A DNA stretch of 9,097 bases from Paraspadella gotoi (taxonomy: Eukaryota; Animalia; Chaetognatha), in assembly GCA_051294375.1 (NCBI GenBank), contig JBJCIZ010000502.1, positions 1 to 9,097 on the forward strand, in the 5' to 3' direction. Positions within the stretch are counted from its first letter, which is position 1. Each line of letters opens with the position of its first letter. Of the stretch, positions 7,527-9,097 are shown in pieces. The position numbers and the translations under genes were made by a program. Below the pieces are notes generated by a model. It made no database searches, was not told the DNA's origin, and saw only the letters and a list, made by a program, of their open reading frames with translations.

Positions 7527-9097
7527 AAAATAAAATTCTCATTACAACGAAATTTTTCGTTTCATCTCTAAACTATTTAATAGAAACAAAAAAGAAAGTC
7601 AAAATACAAATGTCAAAAATATTATTTAAAAATTTTATGATTTTTATAAGGGATATTACTATAAAGAAAAATTCAATTAATGATAATGTTATTGCAAATT
7701 TTTTTTTGAAAAGTAGGCTTAATTTATTTTTTTTTACATATACAACAGGCCAACAAAAAACATTGTTCTATCGCTCGAATCTTTTCACACTCCACCCTAA
7801 TGGTTACATAGATGTTTAGAAAACGGGCGGGTGTAGCCATAGTAATCGAAGAATTAGAAAACAACAGCGGAAAGAAATGAAATAAAGGTGGCAATGAAAT
7901 ACTCGAGTTAATGGGGGGGAGTTTGATCAGAAAAATGGCAGAAAATGATTCAGCAAGGACGAATGCCGTCGCTATCGTGCGATGAAATTACGCTGTTCGG
8001 TCGGCCGAGGGCGCTGGGGGTCGGATGAGTGACGCCAAGATTTATTTGAAAAAATCGTTCGTCTGTGGGTTGCGTACGGCTAGTGAAAAAATTCGTTGAC
8101 AGTTGTGAGGTTCAGCTCGAAGCGAGAGCGCAGTGCTGAGGTGCGGTTCGAGAGTTGGGCAATTTGAAAAGTGACAATTAATCGCAATTTAAGACAACAA
8201 AGACGGAGATCATGTTCTAACTTTGCGCCCTGACCATCTTCGAAAATCTTAGAGAAACTTTGGGGGCTAAATGACATTTATTCGAAACCAACGGAATCCA
8301 GGGAGAAAAATGTTGCGAACCAACGGGAAGCGTCATAGGATTTCAACAGAGCAAGGGCGAGGAAGAGCCTGATGTCGAATGGCCTTGCAGGGGAAGAGTT
8401 CGAGGAAAAGAAGAGTGAGAGGGAGACACGGCGCTTCAGAATCACATCCAGCGCGCCCTCACTCGTCTTTGATTTTTCCCGCGAAAGCCTTCGAGTTACA
8501 AAGAGATCAAGGGAAGGCTTTGTCGTTTTTGTCGTTCAAGATTAAAAGATTTATTATATTAAAGATTATCAATAATTAAAATATTGACACAATCTTTGAT
8601 AGCCCGTGAAAAACTGCATTTTTTCCGCGGGATCATGCAATATGAATACTAATGATATGTGTTGAAATTATTGCAAATTGCGTCGGCGAAAAGTTCTCTT
8701 CATAGCAGGAGTTTTGCTCTTCCAAAAGAATTGTTTTCATTTTCCTCTGTAAATTTGCAGACTGGTTAACGACCATGGTTATAAAATAATTGGCTTCTTT
8801 TATAATAACATTTTGTGCAGGTTTTCTCTTTCCGCGGCTCTCTCTCAGATCGCATCCGTTTAATCTTCATCGCTTTATCTCGTCATGCCTTTAGCTTGAT
8901 TTATGACGAACGGTCTTTCCTTTTCTCTCTTTTATTCCTTCCATATATGAAAAAATAAAAATATTTGCACTACTTTAAAACAATTTATTGTATCAAATGT
9001 TCTAAAGAAAAAGAATAATGCCTAAAATGATTCCGGATTAGTACTGTACGCGCCCAATTAATTTTCTCCTCCACTCGACGATAATCTCTCTCTTTTT

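Larger units (their letters stand above)
7033..7572. mobile_element. Inverted-repeat structure (arms 7033-7143 and 7455-7572, ~310-bp spacer); probable Penelope-like inverted pLTR remnant
   Basis: The reverse complement of the right arm aligns to the left arm (TTTAGAGATGAAACGAAAAATTT...TTTATTATTGTACATGTTT...CTCTTAGTATT..ACGAGTCTTCA..CAGCAAG..TTCAATAAAACAA). Each arm has a hammerhead motif plus AATAAA pointing outward. No RT or GIY-YIG ORF is visible. Confidence 0.75.

Noticed and set aside
7812-8579. GC-richer block with short ORFs; one plus-strand frame (7812-8191) interrupted only by TGA
   Set aside because: No recognisable protein or coherent splice structure; too short to argue for an alternative genetic code or selenocysteine recoding.

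Overview
AT-rich, repeat-dense, apparently non-coding DNA that looks eukaryotic (intronic or intergenic; an invertebrate origin is an inference). None of the supplied ORFs is a credible gene: most are translations of microsatellite or low-complexity tracts. The window is a mosaic of (CT)n microsatellites, a ~19-bp minisatellite split into two arrays by a ~215-bp unique island, and at least five small interspersed repeat families, each present twice and partly nested. One family has the architecture of a Helentron-associated non-autonomous element (HINE/DINE-1-like). The strongest signal is a ~110-bp inverted repeat (7033-7143 / 7455-7572). Its left arm encodes, on the minus strand, a minimal type I hammerhead ribozyme with a palindromic ACAUGU stem III followed by AATAAA. 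Its right arm carries a degenerate copy. This matches the inverted pseudo-LTR arrangement of Penelope-like retroelements. All alignments and folds were done by eye.
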